Notes: generated by a model not told the origin, from the sequence alone. Counted from the stretch's first letter, positions 29,661-46,883 are shown. The stretch is 64,000 bases of DNA from an uncultured bacterium (GCA_963740635.1 CAVUEQ010000001.1:401026-465025), one strand, 5' to 3'. Translations and numbers: made by a program.

Positions 29661-30232
29661 CCGGCAAACTCCGGCAAATCCGCCAGGTCGTCGACCGACT
29701 TGGCTTTTTCAAGCAGCTCTTTGGGAAAGAAACCGGGCTTGGCCGACTTGGCTAATTTTAGGACACCCGGCAAATCCACGAGCTCCACGGTTATTTTTTC
29801 CCCGGCATCCACTTTCGGCTCTTGTTGCGAGTCAAAATCCGTGGCCACATATGTGTACACAAGCCAGTCGATTTTGGTGACCGGCTGCACCACGTCCACG
29901 AGCTTCCAGTTTTTGAATTTCATACCGGTTTCTTCCAATAGTTCACGTTTGATTGCTTCCAGCTCGCTTTCTTCGTCGTGGTCATGCCGGCCGCAGGGCA
30001 GGCTGTAATATTCCTGGGTAAAGCTGGGTTGGATCTCTTTAATGACCACCAGCTGGTGGTCCTTGATGGCCAAGACCTGCACAGTGTCCGGCCGGTCGAG
30101 CATCTCGAAAGTGGCCTCGGTACCGTCATAAAGCTCCTGCGGCCACTGGTAGACGTCGTAAATTTGACCTTGGAAAACGCGTTTAGCTTGGGATGGGATG
30201 GGGTGGGCGTGCCGGGGATGGATGGTTCTCAT
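29657..30232 (-). CDS. NUDIX hydrolase
   Basis: Nudix box GRHDHDEESELEAIKRELLEETGM. Start set at ATG 30230-30232, 6 nt after TATAAT (30239-30244). Confidence 0.8.
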   Translation of the reverse strand: MRTIHPRHAHPIPSQAKRVFQGQIYDVYQWPQELYDGTEATFEMLDRPDTVQVLAIKDHQLVVIKEIQPSFTQEYYSLPCGRHDHDEESELEAIKRELLEETGMKFKNWKLVDVVQPVTKIDWLVYTYVATDFDSQQEPKVDAGEKITVELVDLPGVLKLAKSAKPGFFPKELLEKAKSVDDLADLPEFAG

Positions 30233-30338
30233 TGCGTCATTATAGCGCAACCGTTCATTACGAACCGCTGAACACGCCTGAATTAATTCATGGCTCCAGA
30301 TGTATAACGAAACTGTATACCCTTAATTTTTATGGCTT

Positions 30339-30393
30339 GGCGTAGGCCTAAGACTACGCCATTATCGAGGATATGCGTAGTTTGACTACGCAT
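30339..30393. repeat. two tandem perfect hairpins sharing a GCGTAG/CTACGC core
   Basis: GGCGTAG-N8-CTACGCC (30339-30360) and ATGCGTAG-N5-CTACGCAT (30373-30393). Neither has a U-run. Confidence 0.6.
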
Positions 30394-30479
30394 TCGGCGG
30401 TGCTAAATATTTTCCGGCACGGGTTCCGTTAGGCATCGAGAGGGTGGATGTCTAGACAGGACCTACTCATGGACCGAAT

Positions 30480-32150
30480 CTAGCGCGCGGCAACTTCCGC
30501 CGGCAGCACCTCCACCACTTCGCCCCCGACGCCGCGGGTGAAGTAGCTGTCGTGGGAGATGTAGAGCACAGAGCCGGTGTAGCGGCCGAGGGCCTTTTCG
30601 AGCTCTTCGATGCTGGGCAGGTCGAGGTGGTTGGTGGGCTCGTCGAGTATGAGCAGGTTGGGGCCGGCGCAAAGCATTTTGATGAGCTGGAAGCGGGCTT
30701 TTTGGCCGCCGGAGAGCTTTTCGATCTCGAGTTTGCCGTCGAGCTGGGGATCGAAGAGGTAGTCGCTCATCACTTGCTTGACCTTCTGGTCACTCACCGG
30801 GACGCCGAGGTCGGAGTATACCTGGGTGATGGCGGCGGCAAGCGGCTGGTGGAGATATTTGGGGTCGATTTCCTGCTCGTAGATGCCGATGGTGATCTTG
30901 GGGTCGAGAATGATGGTCCCGCCGAAGAGGCGGCTGGCGAGCTTAGTACTGCCGGCGGTGGCCAGGATGGCCTTCACGAGGGTGGACTTGCCGACGCCGT
31001 TGCGGCCTTTGAGCTCGAGGCGCTCGCCCTGGCGCAGCTGGAAGGTGATGCCGTCGAAGAGCGGTATGTCGTACCCGAGCGCGAGGCCTTCGACGTCCAC
31101 CAGAATGCGCTGGCCCACCGCGAGCTCGCGGGTGTGAATGCGGATGTTTTTGGCCTTGTACTTGTCGTATTTGGCGACCATTTTGTTTTGCATGGTGCCG
31201 AGCTGCTCCTGGTCGATCCAAAACGATGGCTTGGTAATCCGGGCCTTGAGGGCGTCATATTGGCGCTGGAGGCGGTCTTCCATAATCCGGAAACGCACGG
31301 CGCTGGGGCCGGCGGCTTTGTTTTTCTTGCGGCGCGCCTCCATCACCTGGTTGTGCAGATTGGCGAGGGTGCGCTGGTCGAATTCGTACTGCTCCATGGC
31401 GTTCATGGTGGAGCGGCCGTTTTGCTTGAGGTAGTGTTCGTAGTCACCGGTGAAGCTGAGTGCCTCGCGGTCTTTGATTTCGACGATGCGGCCGACGCTA
31501 GCGAGCACGTCGCGGTCGTGCGTGATGACCACCACGGCCTGCTGCGCGCTTTCCAGCCATTCGATGAAGGCCTCCTTGGCGATGTAGTCCATGTGGTTGG
31601 TGGGCTCGTCGATGAGGGCGAGGCCGGCATCGCTGAGGGTGACTTTCACGAGCTCTACAAAGCGCTTTTGGCCGCCGGACAGGTGGCGGATGGGCCCGTC
31701 GATGCGTTCGGCGGGTACCTGGAAATCCTCGAGCTCCTGGCGGGCCCGTTGCTCGATGTCGTAATAACCGAGCTCGCCGAAGCGTGCGAGGGCGTCGGTG
31801 TAGGCGGAAATCTTGGCCATGTCGTCGCCCATTTTGTCCGGGTAGGTAGAAATAATGTGGTGCAATTGCGCGTATTCGGGGAGGTTTTCGAGTACGTATT
31901 CGAGTACCGGCTGGTCCGCCACTTCGTGGTGTTCCTGGGCGGTACTGGCAATCACCAGGCCCCGGCGCTGGTCGACGCTCCCGGTAAATTGCGCGTCGGT
32001 GCCGGCCATAATGCCGAGCAGCGTGGTTTTGCCGATGCCGTTGCGGCCAATGAGGCCGACTTTCTCACCGGGCTGGATTGTGAGGTCCAGGCCGTCGTAG
32101 AGGGTCTTGGCGCCGATAGTTTTAGCGATGTTTTGGAGATTAATAAGCAT
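30480..32150 (-). CDS. ABC-F family ATPase (two ABC domains, no TM domain)
   Basis: 556-aa ORF. Two Walker A motifs (GRNGIGKTT, GRNGVGKST) and two LSGGQK signatures. Confidence 0.9.
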   Translation of the reverse strand: MLINLQNIAKTIGAKTLYDGLDLTIQPGEKVGLIGRNGIGKTTLLGIMAGTDAQFTGSVDQRRGLVIASTAQEHHEVADQPVLEYVLENLPEYAQLHHIISTYPDKMGDDMAKISAYTDALARFGELGYYDIEQRARQELEDFQVPAERIDGPIRHLSGGQKRFVELVKVTLSDAGLALIDEPTNHMDYIAKEAFIEWLESAQQAVVVITHDRDVLASVGRIVEIKDREALSFTGDYEHYLKQNGRSTMNAMEQYEFDQRTLANLHNQVMEARRKKNKAAGPSAVRFRIMEDRLQRQYDALKARITKPSFWIDQEQLGTMQNKMVAKYDKYKAKNIRIHTRELAVGQRILVDVEGLALGYDIPLFDGITFQLRQGERLELKGRNGVGKSTLVKAILATAGSTKLASRLFGGTIILDPKITIGIYEQEIDPKYLHQPLAAAITQVYSDLGVPVSDQKVKQVMSDYLFDPQLDGKLEIEKLSGGQKARFQLIKMLCAGPNLLILDEPTNHLDLPSIEELEKALGRYTGSVLYISHDSYFTRGVGGEVVEVLPAEVAAR

Positions 32151-32179
32151 GGGGGATGGGTTTGGATTATTATGGGAGC

Positions 32180-32202
32180 TTTTTGACCCTTTGGGTCAAA
32201 AA
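32180..32202. terminator. bidirectional-type hairpin TTTTTGACCC-TTT-GGGTCAAAAA
   Basis: Perfect 10-bp inverted repeat between the HAD gene stop and the ABC-F start. Confidence 0.55.
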
Positions 32203-32209
32203 TAACGAG

Positions 32210-32809
32210 TCATGGAAGTAAGGCTCGGATCTGGTCGACGCTGGTATACAATTCGGCGCGAATGCCCGCCGCGAGGGCACTATCGACTTTGTGCTGGCTA
32301 TCGTCGAAAAAGAGTATGTCATGCGGGTGCAAGCTGGGAATGTCTTTTAGAAGTGAATAATGGACCTTCCGGAAGAATTCGGGATCCTTCTTCTCCAGAC
32401 CGAGCTCGCATGACACGAACAGGCCGTCGAGTTTGCCGGGGAACATTACCTTGCGCATGTAGGCGGTGCGGTATTGTTCCTGGTCCGTCGCAAGATATAC
32501 CTTAACCCCGGCGGCGCGCAACTTTTGCAAGGTATCAAGCAACTTTTGGTCGATGTTATTTTCAGCCTTGAACCAGCGCTCCAGCAGCGCTTCGGGAGTG
32601 CCCTGCCAGTGCCAAAGGTCGCGGTGCTCAGCGATGAGCTCTTTGAGGTCGGCCCGGCCCACAGTGGCTTCACGAAATTTGCCCTGGAAGAAAGGCTCAA
32701 TCTGCTCAGCCTCGATGGAATGGTCCTCAGCATGCTGGTGAGAATAGGGCCGGTCGTTGAGTGTGAGGACGCCGTCGGCGTCCATGAGTAGGACTTTGGG
32801 TGCGGTCAT
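32210..32809 (-). CDS. HAD-superfamily hydrolase
   Basis: Start set at ATG 32807-32809 (MTAPKVLLMDADGVLTL = HAD motif I), 2 nt after the upstream stop. Confidence 0.75.
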   Translation of the reverse strand: MTAPKVLLMDADGVLTLNDRPYSHQHAEDHSIEAEQIEPFFQGKFREATVGRADLKELIAEHRDLWHWQGTPEALLERWFKAENNIDQKLLDTLQKLRAAGVKVYLATDQEQYRTAYMRKVMFPGKLDGLFVSCELGLEKKDPEFFRKVHYSLLKDIPSLHPHDILFFDDSQHKVDSALAAGIRAELYTSVDQIRALLP

Positions 32810-32811
32810 GA

Positions 32812-33240
32812 TTAGTCGGTGAAATCCCAGACCTTGAGACCGATGTGGTCGTTTTGGGTTTTGGTGTGGTGGGCCGGGTAGCTGGTAATAAACAGCTCCA
32901 GCGTGGCCGAGCACTCCCCTTTTACCAGGTGGCCGGCTCGGGCCATCATTTGCGGGTCTGACAGCGTGACATGGAGGTGGGCGAAGGGTTGGCCGTCGAT
33001 GAGGGCGACGTTGCCGAGCAGTGACGCCACTTCGAAGATGCCTGCGAGACGCATGTCGCTAAATTGCTTGGTGGGCATGGAGTAATGCGCCAGGGTGGGC
33101 GCATCGACCGAGCCGATGCCGGTGATTTGGGCGTTGTCTATCCCCTGCTCGGCGCAGAAGCGCTGAAGGGTTTCATGGATATCGTCACCGGGTTCAAGCC
33201 GGAGGGCGGATGTGTTTTCGGACAGGCGAGCGTATTTCAT
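32812..33240 (-). CDS. PPC (DUF296) domain protein
   Basis: 142-aa ORF with the DUF296 pattern (G.GS.....L.........G.FE..SL.GN.....P..HLH..L). ATG is 6 nt after TGcTAGAAT (33247-33255). Confidence 0.65.
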   Translation of the reverse strand: MKYARLSENTSALRLEPGDDIHETLQRFCAEQGIDNAQITGIGSVDAPTLAHYSMPTKQFSDMRLAGIFEVASLLGNVALIDGQPFAHLHVTLSDPQMMARAGHLVKGECSATLELFITSYPAHHTKTQNDHIGLKVWDFTD

Positions 33241-33308
33241 GACCTGATTCTAGCATGGGGATCCACGACCCGGTGGCAAAAATTTCTGCCGACAGTTATT
33301 TATCATCA

Positions 33309-33337
33309 TTGATCTTTTGTCGAATATCTGGTATTAA
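33309..33337 (+). promoter_or_regulatory. promoter of the large secreted-protein gene
   Basis: TTGATC (33309-33314), 17 nt, TATTAA (33332-33337), preceded by TGg. Confidence 0.5.
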
Positions 33338-33407
33338 TACTAAGTTCATAAGCTGTCCATTCCGGTCCAGCTGTAAAGGGACCTAGACAAATCGAGAGGT
33401 GAGATTG

Positions 33408-35339
33408 ATGACACAACCACGTCATCGGATTAGAGGCCGAACCCGTGTCCGGGTCTGGGTGACAACGGGTATTGCGATAGTGTTGGTCGCTGCCTTGGCC
33501 GCCTATCTGTCCGGCGTTCGCCCTTGGGCACACTCTGGCCTGTCCAGCGCCGCGGGCAATACCAGCCCGGTCGCCGGGCCAAGCGGTGCCGGCGTGGCAG
33601 TCGCGGGGGCAAGCAGTGTCACCGTGATCCTGCCGAACATGAAAAACCGGCCGGACTACAAGTTCTCGGCCACGCAGCCGAGCGTCGCGGCAAGTCAGTC
33701 ACTGAAGAGCCCGACCTCGGTTCTGGCGCCGCTGGCGCCGCTGTACGACTTCCACGCCGTCCCGGCTACGCTGCCACCGGGCACGCAGCTTCGGTTCGTG
33801 GTTCAGAAGAACCTCGACCCTAAGCTAGTGTTCGAGGCCTACTACGACCCGTCGTTGGGGCATTGGGTGCCCGAACCGACGACCTACATCCCGGCAACGG
33901 GTGAGGCCGTGGCCACCGTGGCGCACTTTTCGATCCACTCCATTTTCTCGTGGGGTGCGAGCAGGGTTAAAGCACTGCTCGAGGGGGCCTTCAAGAACCT
34001 GTTCGGAGTGCTGACTGCGCACGCCAGCCAACCGCAGTGCGGCCCGGCCAACGGCGTAGATATGCACTACATCACCGGCCCGCAGTCGGTGCTATCGTGC
34101 CACGACGCGACCGTCGTGACGCCCGGTGTCAACGGGGTGGCGAACCTGCAGGTGAAGCTGGCCAACAACCGGCATTACCCGATGGACGTCGATTCCCCGT
34201 CAAGCGGCAACGTTTCAACCGATGACCGCGGGAGCGTAGCTCAGCAGATCGGGGCGGCGCTAACGAAGTTCGCCTCGAAGCGGCCGGGTCACAACATGAC
34301 CCTGCTGACCGGCGCGGCGCTTGCCAAAATCCAGCTCCCGTCCCAAAAGGCGCCCTTCTCGCACGCCGCGATCGAAACGCAGGTCGACGGCGAGGCCTAC
34401 CTCTGCGGACTGCTGCAGACCGCGGTGGACGAGATCGCCCTGATGGTGCACCTGCCCGTGTCGAAGTTGACCAGAAACCTGGTCGATGGGCTGGCCGGGG
34501 AAGAGGCACTCTACCGGCTCGGGACCGAGCTGTACAGCCCCGACCAACTGTCCCTTCAGGCCATCAAGACCTTGGGGGATGTCGGGCTCGACGCCCTCAA
34601 GGTCGCGGTGCAAAACGCCGGGACCTTCTTAGCCGGGCTGGTGGGACTGGTTGTGAGTCTGATCGACGACATGTGGCAGTCCATTAGTGGGCTGATTGAC
34701 ACTGTCAGCAACCAGAGCTTTCACCGCTACACGTTCACCGCCGACGGATCGCCGTGGAGCCCGTTCGACCTGCACAATGTCGACTGGTCGAGGATCACGA
34801 TACCCGGAAGTTGGTTCCTTGGCCCGCCCACTGTGCAGCTCCACCCGGAGCCGGATTTTCCGCCTGTGGGAATGGCCGAGAACATCCCCACAACCTTCAA
34901 GGACTACAGCGGGTACGAGCACGTGGACGCGTATCTGGGCTCAGACGGCCCCGTGAACGTCGTCTACGGTCAATTGGGTGGTATTGAGGTGGCAGCGGCG
35001 CCGGTATCGCTGAACTATCACGCCGGCGGCACGGCCGATGCTCAGCGCGGTATGGGATACCTCATCTACAAGGCCGGCTCAACCGGGCCGGTGTTTGTTG
35101 GTGTGGCTTACCCCGAAGGCGCCTGGGGTGCAGCCTGGCTGCCAAACCCACACAAGGCCGATCACACCGACCTGGTGATGCGCGCGTCGATCACGGGCGG
35201 TCACCTGGTGATCGAGGAGGAGTTCTATGGGCCCCGCGACATCATCGCCGGCCCGACGGGCAAGGGCGAGACGATCTGGAGCCTGAACGGCGCCTCCCTC
35301 ACCTTCGCCAACAACATCATACAGCCGGCTGCCGGCTGA
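33408..35339 (+). CDS. hypothetical membrane-anchored/secreted protein (about 643 aa)
   Basis: N-terminal Arg-rich stretch plus a hydrophobic helix (VWVTTGIAIVLVAALAAYL). AGGTGA is 5 nt before ATG 33408; the track starts at GTG 33399. No domain recognised. Confidence 0.6.
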   Translation: MTQPRHRIRGRTRVRVWVTTGIAIVLVAALAAYLSGVRPWAHSGLSSAAGNTSPVAGPSGAGVAVAGASSVTVILPNMKNRPDYKFSATQPSVAASQSLKSPTSVLAPLAPLYDFHAVPATLPPGTQLRFVVQKNLDPKLVFEAYYDPSLGHWVPEPTTYIPATGEAVATVAHFSIHSIFSWGASRVKALLEGAFKNLFGVLTAHASQPQCGPANGVDMHYITGPQSVLSCHDATVVTPGVNGVANLQVKLANNRHYPMDVDSPSSGNVSTDDRGSVAQQIGAALTKFASKRPGHNMTLLTGAALAKIQLPSQKAPFSHAAIETQVDGEAYLCGLLQTAVDEIALMVHLPVSKLTRNLVDGLAGEEALYRLGTELYSPDQLSLQAIKTLGDVGLDALKVAVQNAGTFLAGLVGLVVSLIDDMWQSISGLIDTVSNQSFHRYTFTADGSPWSPFDLHNVDWSRITIPGSWFLGPPTVQLHPEPDFPPVGMAENIPTTFKDYSGYEHVDAYLGSDGPVNVVYGQLGGIEVAAAPVSLNYHAGGTADAQRGMGYLIYKAGSTGPVFVGVAYPEGAWGAAWLPNPHKADHTDLVMRASITGGHLVIEEEFYGPRDIIAGPTGKGETIWSLNGASLTFANNIIQPAAG

Positions 35340-35359
35340 GGAAGGAGAACTTCCAGCAC

Positions 35360-35387
35360 GGCGCGGGGGCCATGAGGTCCCCGCGCC
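35360..35387 (+). terminator. GC hairpin after the secreted-protein gene
   Basis: GGCGCGGGG (35360-35368) pairs with CCCCGCGCC (35379-35387). Confidence 0.5.
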
Positions 35388-35410
35388 GTCTGCACGCATT
35401 TATTGAATAC

Positions 35411-35437
35411 AAAAAGCCGCCTCTCTGGCGGCTTTTT
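35411..35437. terminator. bidirectional intrinsic terminator
   Basis: AAAAAGCCGCC-TCTCT-GGCGGCTTTTT. Serves rpsG (minus) and the plus-strand gene. Confidence 0.7.
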
Positions 35438-35450
35438 AGATCGCTTGGTT

Positions 35451-35927
35451 TCAGTAGCGGGCGAAGTGGGCGAAAGCTTTGTTGGCCTCGGCCATGCGGT
35501 GGGTGTCTTCGCGCTTCTTCACGGCATCGCCGGTGTTGTTGTAGGCGCTCATGAGCTCGTCGGCCAGGTGCTGGTCGAAGCTTTTGCCGCTCTTGGCGCG
35601 GGCGGCGCCCAGGATCCAGTTCATGGCCAGGTGGATTTTGCGGTCGCCGCGGACCTCCATGGGCACCTGGTAGGTGGCGCCGCCGATGCGTTTGGCCTTC
35701 ACCTGCACCGCGGGCGCGACGTTTTTGATGGCGGTCTCGAAGACCTCCAGCGCCGGCTGCTTGGTCTTGGTCTCGACGGTTTCGAGGGCGTTGTACACCA
35801 GCGTTTCGGCCAGGCGCTTCTTGCCGTCGCGCATGACTTTATTGGTCAGCTTGGTGACCAGAACGTTGGTGTATTTCAGATCGGGCTCAAGCGTACGCTT
35901 GAATGACTTGGTTTTCTTACGGGGCAT
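35451..35927 (-). CDS. rpsG: 30S ribosomal protein S7
   Basis: Start set at ATG 35925-35927 (MPRKKTKSFKR...). uS7 throughout. Confidence 0.95.
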   Translation of the reverse strand: MPRKKTKSFKRTLEPDLKYTNVLVTKLTNKVMRDGKKRLAETLVYNALETVETKTKQPALEVFETAIKNVAPAVQVKAKRIGGATYQVPMEVRGDRKIHLAMNWILGAARAKSGKSFDQHLADELMSAYNNTGDAVKKREDTHRMAEANKAFAHFARY

Positions 35928-35990
35928 TGGTTTCTCTCCTTTCGAGATACTGCCGCGGTTCCTCACTTGGGGGGCGGCTAATGCTGATTC

Positions 35991-36404
35991 TTAGGCTTTG
36001 GGCTTCTTGGCTCCGTACTTGCTGCGGCCCTGCGAGCGCTTGGCGACACCGGCGGTGTCGAGGGCCCCACGGATAATGTGGTACCGCACACCCGGAAGGT
36101 CCTTCACTCGGCCGCCCCGGATAAGCACAACCGAGTGCTCCTGCAGGTTGTGGCCGATGCCGGGGATGTAGGCAGTGACTTCCATGCCGTTGGTGAGGCG
36201 CACACGGGCGATTTTGCGCAGAGCCGAGTTGGGCTTCTTAGGGGTGGTGGTGGAGACCTTCACGCAGACGCCGCGCATAAACGGCGAGTGCAGGTTGTAG
36301 CTGCGGCCCTTTATGGAGTTTTGGATGCGGTCAAGCGCCGGGGTGGCCGACTTCTTTTTCGGGTCACGACGGGGCTTGCGCAAGAGTTGGTTAATGGTAG
36401 GCAT
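35991..36404 (-). CDS. rpsL: 30S ribosomal protein S12
   Basis: 137-aa ORF ([10 protein letters not shown]...[10 protein letters not shown]). Confidence 0.97.
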   Translation of the reverse strand: MPTINQLLRKPRRDPKKKSATPALDRIQNSIKGRSYNLHSPFMRGVCVKVSTTTPKKPNSALRKIARVRLTNGMEVTAYIPGIGHNLQEHSVVLIRGGRVKDLPGVRYHIIRGALDTAGVAKRSQGRSKYGAKKPKA

Positions 36405-36418
36405 AACGGTCCTAGATG

Positions 36419-40327
<3,909 letters not shown>

Positions 40328-40530
40328 AATTATCCTTCCACCGTTAATTCTTGAGTCTGCGGCGACTTCGGCCGGCTCAGTTTCATCATCATCTTCGCCG
40401 CCCAGGGTTTCGAATTCGTCTTCGCCGCCGGAAGCCAGATCCACGAGCGGCATGTCGGCCACGACGGCCTCGCCCTCGATGATCTTCTCGGCGCCGAGCT
40501 CGGTGATTTCGTCGTCGAGGCGCTCGGCGA

Positions 40531-43882
<3,352 letters not shown>

Positions 43883-44050
43883 TAGTCTGCTCCTAACTAT
43901 GGAAAATGAGTAATTATGTGCTCTGAGGTTTTTCTAAACACATAAAACTAGGGCCAACAGGGCCTAGTTGTTCGATTTAAGCATCCTCTTGTTATCTAGT
44001 TTGGCGTAATCTGTTGCCGGTGTCAAGAGGTTTTGATGTATGATTTCGGT

Positions 44051-44383
44051 ATGAACGACGATACGGTCAAAATTGTAGTGGGGGTTCCCGAAACGCATGC
44101 CGATGCGGTGCGGCAGGCCTTGGGCGAGGCCGGCGCCGGGCGGGTGGGCGATTATGAATTCACTAGCTTCTCGGTGAAGGGTACGGGACGGTTTTTGCCA
44201 ATGGCCGGCGCCCATCCCGCGATCGGTGAAGTTGGCCGGCTCGAGGAGGTGGCGGAAGAACGGATCGAGACGGTGTGCCGGCGCCGCGATCTGGGAAAAG
44301 TAATAGCGGCTATTAAGCGGGTGCATCCCTATGAGGAAGTCCCGATTGATGTTTACCCCTTGCTCGACCCGTACAGCCCGTAA
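44051..44383 (+). CDS. stand-alone YqfO / Nif3-insert-domain-like protein
   Basis: [30 protein letters not shown]...GTGRF.P..GA.P.IGEVG.LE.V.E.RIE resembles, from memory, the inserted domain of Nif3/YqfO proteins. ATG 44051 lies 6 nt after TATGAT. Confidence 0.45.
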   Translation: MNDDTVKIVVGVPETHADAVRQALGEAGAGRVGDYEFTSFSVKGTGRFLPMAGAHPAIGEVGRLEEVAEERIETVCRRRDLGKVIAAIKRVHPYEEVPIDVYPLLDPYSP

Positions 44384-44410
44384 TTCGGGTTAGGCTCTCA
44401 GAATCCTCAT

Positions 44411-44433
44411 TTCGACTTTTGTCGAAGTATTTT
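44411..44433 (+). terminator. intrinsic terminator
   Basis: TTCGAC-TTTT-GTCGAA followed by GTATTTT. Confidence 0.5.
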
Positions 44434-44502
44434 GGGCATGCTTGATTTTGCTTACTTCAAGGGATAATCTGACCAACAGTTAATAGTACGACTTATTTCG
44501 AA

Positions 44503-44928
44503 ATGAGAAGTTGTAGGGGGATGGTTGTGGACGCAGATGAAATACAGATGGAGCTGATGGCGCAAGAGGTTCGGGCAGGGGCGGTAGCCGAGACGCCCGC
44601 AGAGGAGGCCCCAATCGAGGTGGGGGAAGAAATCTTCGAGCAAGATCCCGACTCATTAGATGCAAACATCGAGCGGTTGAGTGTGATATTCCGCGCCCTG
44701 GGGCACTCTACCAGGCTCGAGCTAGTGGCTTACTTAAGCGATAGTGCCTTATCTACTGTAACAAATATGGCTGTGCTGGCCGACATTCCAATCAGTACGT
44801 TGACCCATCACCTGCGCGTACTGGAGCAAGCAGGCGTCGTCGAGGTAAGCAGGGCGGGCCGCGAGCGCCGGTACGAATTGAGTGCTACCTGCAAGGCGCT
44901 GCTAGCCCAGTTTATGCTGGCGCGCTAG
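44503..44928 (+). CDS. ArsR/SmtB-family transcriptional regulator (start uncertain)
   Basis: FRALGHSTRLELVAYL...HHLRVLEQAGVVEVSRAGRERRYEL is a winged-HTH ArsR pattern. The acidic N-terminal extension may not be translated. Confidence 0.7.
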   Translation: MRSCRGMVVDADEIQMELMAQEVRAGAVAETPAEEAPIEVGEEIFEQDPDSLDANIERLSVIFRALGHSTRLELVAYLSDSALSTVTNMAVLADIPISTLTHHLRVLEQAGVVEVSRAGRERRYELSATCKALLAQFMLAR

Positions 44929-46212
44929 CATGATGTATTGACCAATACCAAACGCGAGCAGCAGCAGGCCGAGCGTGGTGATCACCGTCGGAACGCCGAA
45001 CAGGTCGGCCAGGACGCCGGCGAAAAAGATGGGCAGGGTGGCGGCGATGTTGATCATCATCCCGAGGGCGCCAAACACTTTGCCGCGGCTTTGCTCGGTA
45101 GTGTGCTCCTGGAGCAACGTCTGAGAGGCCACGGATACCACGGCGTTCATGAAACCGAGGATGAGGACGATGGGCGCCACGATCAGGCCGATTTGGTAGT
45201 GCTCGAGCAGCATGGTGTGGCCGGCATGGAGGTGGTGCAGCCGGTCGGAGCTGCCGAGCATGGCCAGCGCCGTCGCCCCCACGATGAAGCCGACGGCGAT
45301 GAGGCGCAGCCGCGGTATCCAGGATGTGAGGCGCTCGATCACGACCACGCCCGCCACCATGCCGATGCCGGCCGGAATGATCAGGAAATGCGATGAATCC
45401 TGGAGCGGGATCCCCAGGATGGCCAGCGACATGGCCGGCGCGAGCGCCAGAATCACGCCCAACACCGACTGGGACAATGTGAGCTGCAATATCGGGAACG
45501 ACAGGTTGTGGTTGGTGCGGATGAGCCGCCAATTGTTGAGGATTTCGCGCCAGGTGTAGCGCACGATGCGCGCGAACGGCATGCCCTCGGATTGCTCCAC
45601 TTGAATGTTGGGCAGCAGCCAAACGAGGCCAGCGGCCAGGGCGAACATGATAGACGTCAGGACATACGGGCCGCTGGGGCCAAACCAGGCTATTACCGGC
45701 GCCGACGCTGAGTAACCAACGATAAACGAAGCGTAGATGGTGAACACGAATAGAGAATTGGCGCGCTGGAGGTGGCCCGGCTTCACCAGCGCCGGTATGG
45801 AGGCGGATTCGGCGGGCGTGAAGAATTGCGTGGCGGTGGAAATGAGGAAGCTAAACAGCAGCACCAGCCAGAGGTTGTGCTCAAACACGAGGTAGCCGAG
45901 CACCAGGACGGCGCGGGCGAGGTTGGCCACCAGCAGCACGACCTTTTTGTTCCAATGGTCGACGTAGACGCCGGCGGCCGCGGCAAAGAAAATCGACGGG
46001 ATGCCGAAGCTTAGGATCAGCAACGCGACCGACACGTTGGCTAGTCTAGTGCCCTGAGCGAGCTGGAACACGCGGATGATAAGCGCGAAATTGAGCAGAT
46101 TCTGCGCGATCTGCGACAGGATTTGTGAGCCCCAGAGCCGGTTGAAATTGCCGTTGCGAATAATCGAGACTTCGTCTGTGAATTCGGCCGGGATCGGGGG
46201 TCGGCGCTTCAC
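44902..46212 (-). CDS. MFS transporter
   Basis: 436-aa ORF with about 12 TM helices. Its 3' end overlaps the convergent ArsR gene by 27 nt. Confidence 0.8.
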   Translation of the reverse strand: MKRRPPIPAEFTDEVSIIRNGNFNRLWGSQILSQIAQNLLNFALIIRVFQLAQGTRLANVSVALLILSFGIPSIFFAAAAGVYVDHWNKKVVLLVANLARAVLVLGYLVFEHNLWLVLLFSFLISTATQFFTPAESASIPALVKPGHLQRANSLFVFTIYASFIVGYSASAPVIAWFGPSGPYVLTSIMFALAAGLVWLLPNIQVEQSEGMPFARIVRYTWREILNNWRLIRTNHNLSFPILQLTLSQSVLGVILALAPAMSLAILGIPLQDSSHFLIIPAGIGMVAGVVVIERLTSWIPRLRLIAVGFIVGATALAMLGSSDRLHHLHAGHTMLLEHYQIGLIVAPIVLILGFMNAVVSVASQTLLQEHTTEQSRGKVFGALGMMINIAATLPIFFAGVLADLFGVPTVITTLGLLLLAFGIGQYIMLARQHKLG

Positions 46213-46253
46213 GCGGGGCGGCTCCTGGGTTTAGTTGGTTTTGCGGGCGGACG

Positions 46254-46856
46254 TTACTTGGTGATGACGCTGTCTATTAAACCATAGCCTTTGGCTTCGC
46301 GGGCGTCCATCCAATAGTCGCGGTCGGTGTCTTTGTGGACCTCATCGATTGATTTGCCGGTGCGCTCGGCCAAAATCTCGTCCAGTTTCTGGCGGCTCTT
46401 GAGTATCTCGCGGGCCGTGATCTCGATGTCGGAGGGCGTGCCGCTGAAACCCGCGGAGCCCTGATGGATCATGATTTTGGAGTTGGGCAGGGCGAACCGC
46501 TTGCCCTTGGCGCCGGCCGAGAGCAGCACCGCGCCCATGCTGGCCGCCATGCCGACGCAGATGGTGGAGATATCGGGCTTCACGGCGTTCATGGTGTCAA
46601 ACATGGCCAGGCCCGCGTAGACGCTGCCGCCCGGCGAGTTGATGTAGAGCTTGATGTCTTTGCCGGCGTCCTCTGACTCGAGGAACAGTAATTGGGCGAT
46701 CACCAGGTTGGCCACGGTATCGTCGATTTCGGTGCCGAGGAAAATGATGCGCTCCTTGAGCAGGCGGGAATAAATGTCATAGGCACGCTCACCGCCGGCG
46801 GTTTTTTCGATGACGGTGGGGATGAGAATGGAGGCGTTTTTGGGCAGGTTGTTCAT
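46254..46856 (-). CDS. clpP: ATP-dependent Clp protease proteolytic subunit
   Basis: 200-aa [14 protein letters not shown] (Ser) and IMIHQ (His) catalytic blocks. Confidence 0.95.
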   Translation of the reverse strand: MNNLPKNASILIPTVIEKTAGGERAYDIYSRLLKERIIFLGTEIDDTVANLVIAQLLFLESEDAGKDIKLYINSPGGSVYAGLAMFDTMNAVKPDISTICVGMAASMGAVLLSAGAKGKRFALPNSKIMIHQGSAGFSGTPSDIEITAREILKSRQKLDEILAERTGKSIDEVHKDTDRDYWMDAREAKGYGLIDSVITK

Positions 46857-46883
46857 GGGCGGTTCCTTGTTGCTCGGTCTATT

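Noticed and set aside
30552-32186. 544-aa plus-strand ORF, the longest plus-strand ORF in this part of the track
   Set aside because: It lies exactly antisense to the well-supported ABC-F ATPase gene. Its composition (G/A/V/D/H/L-rich, repetitive) is typical of shadow ORFs in GC-rich coding DNA. It has no start-site signals.
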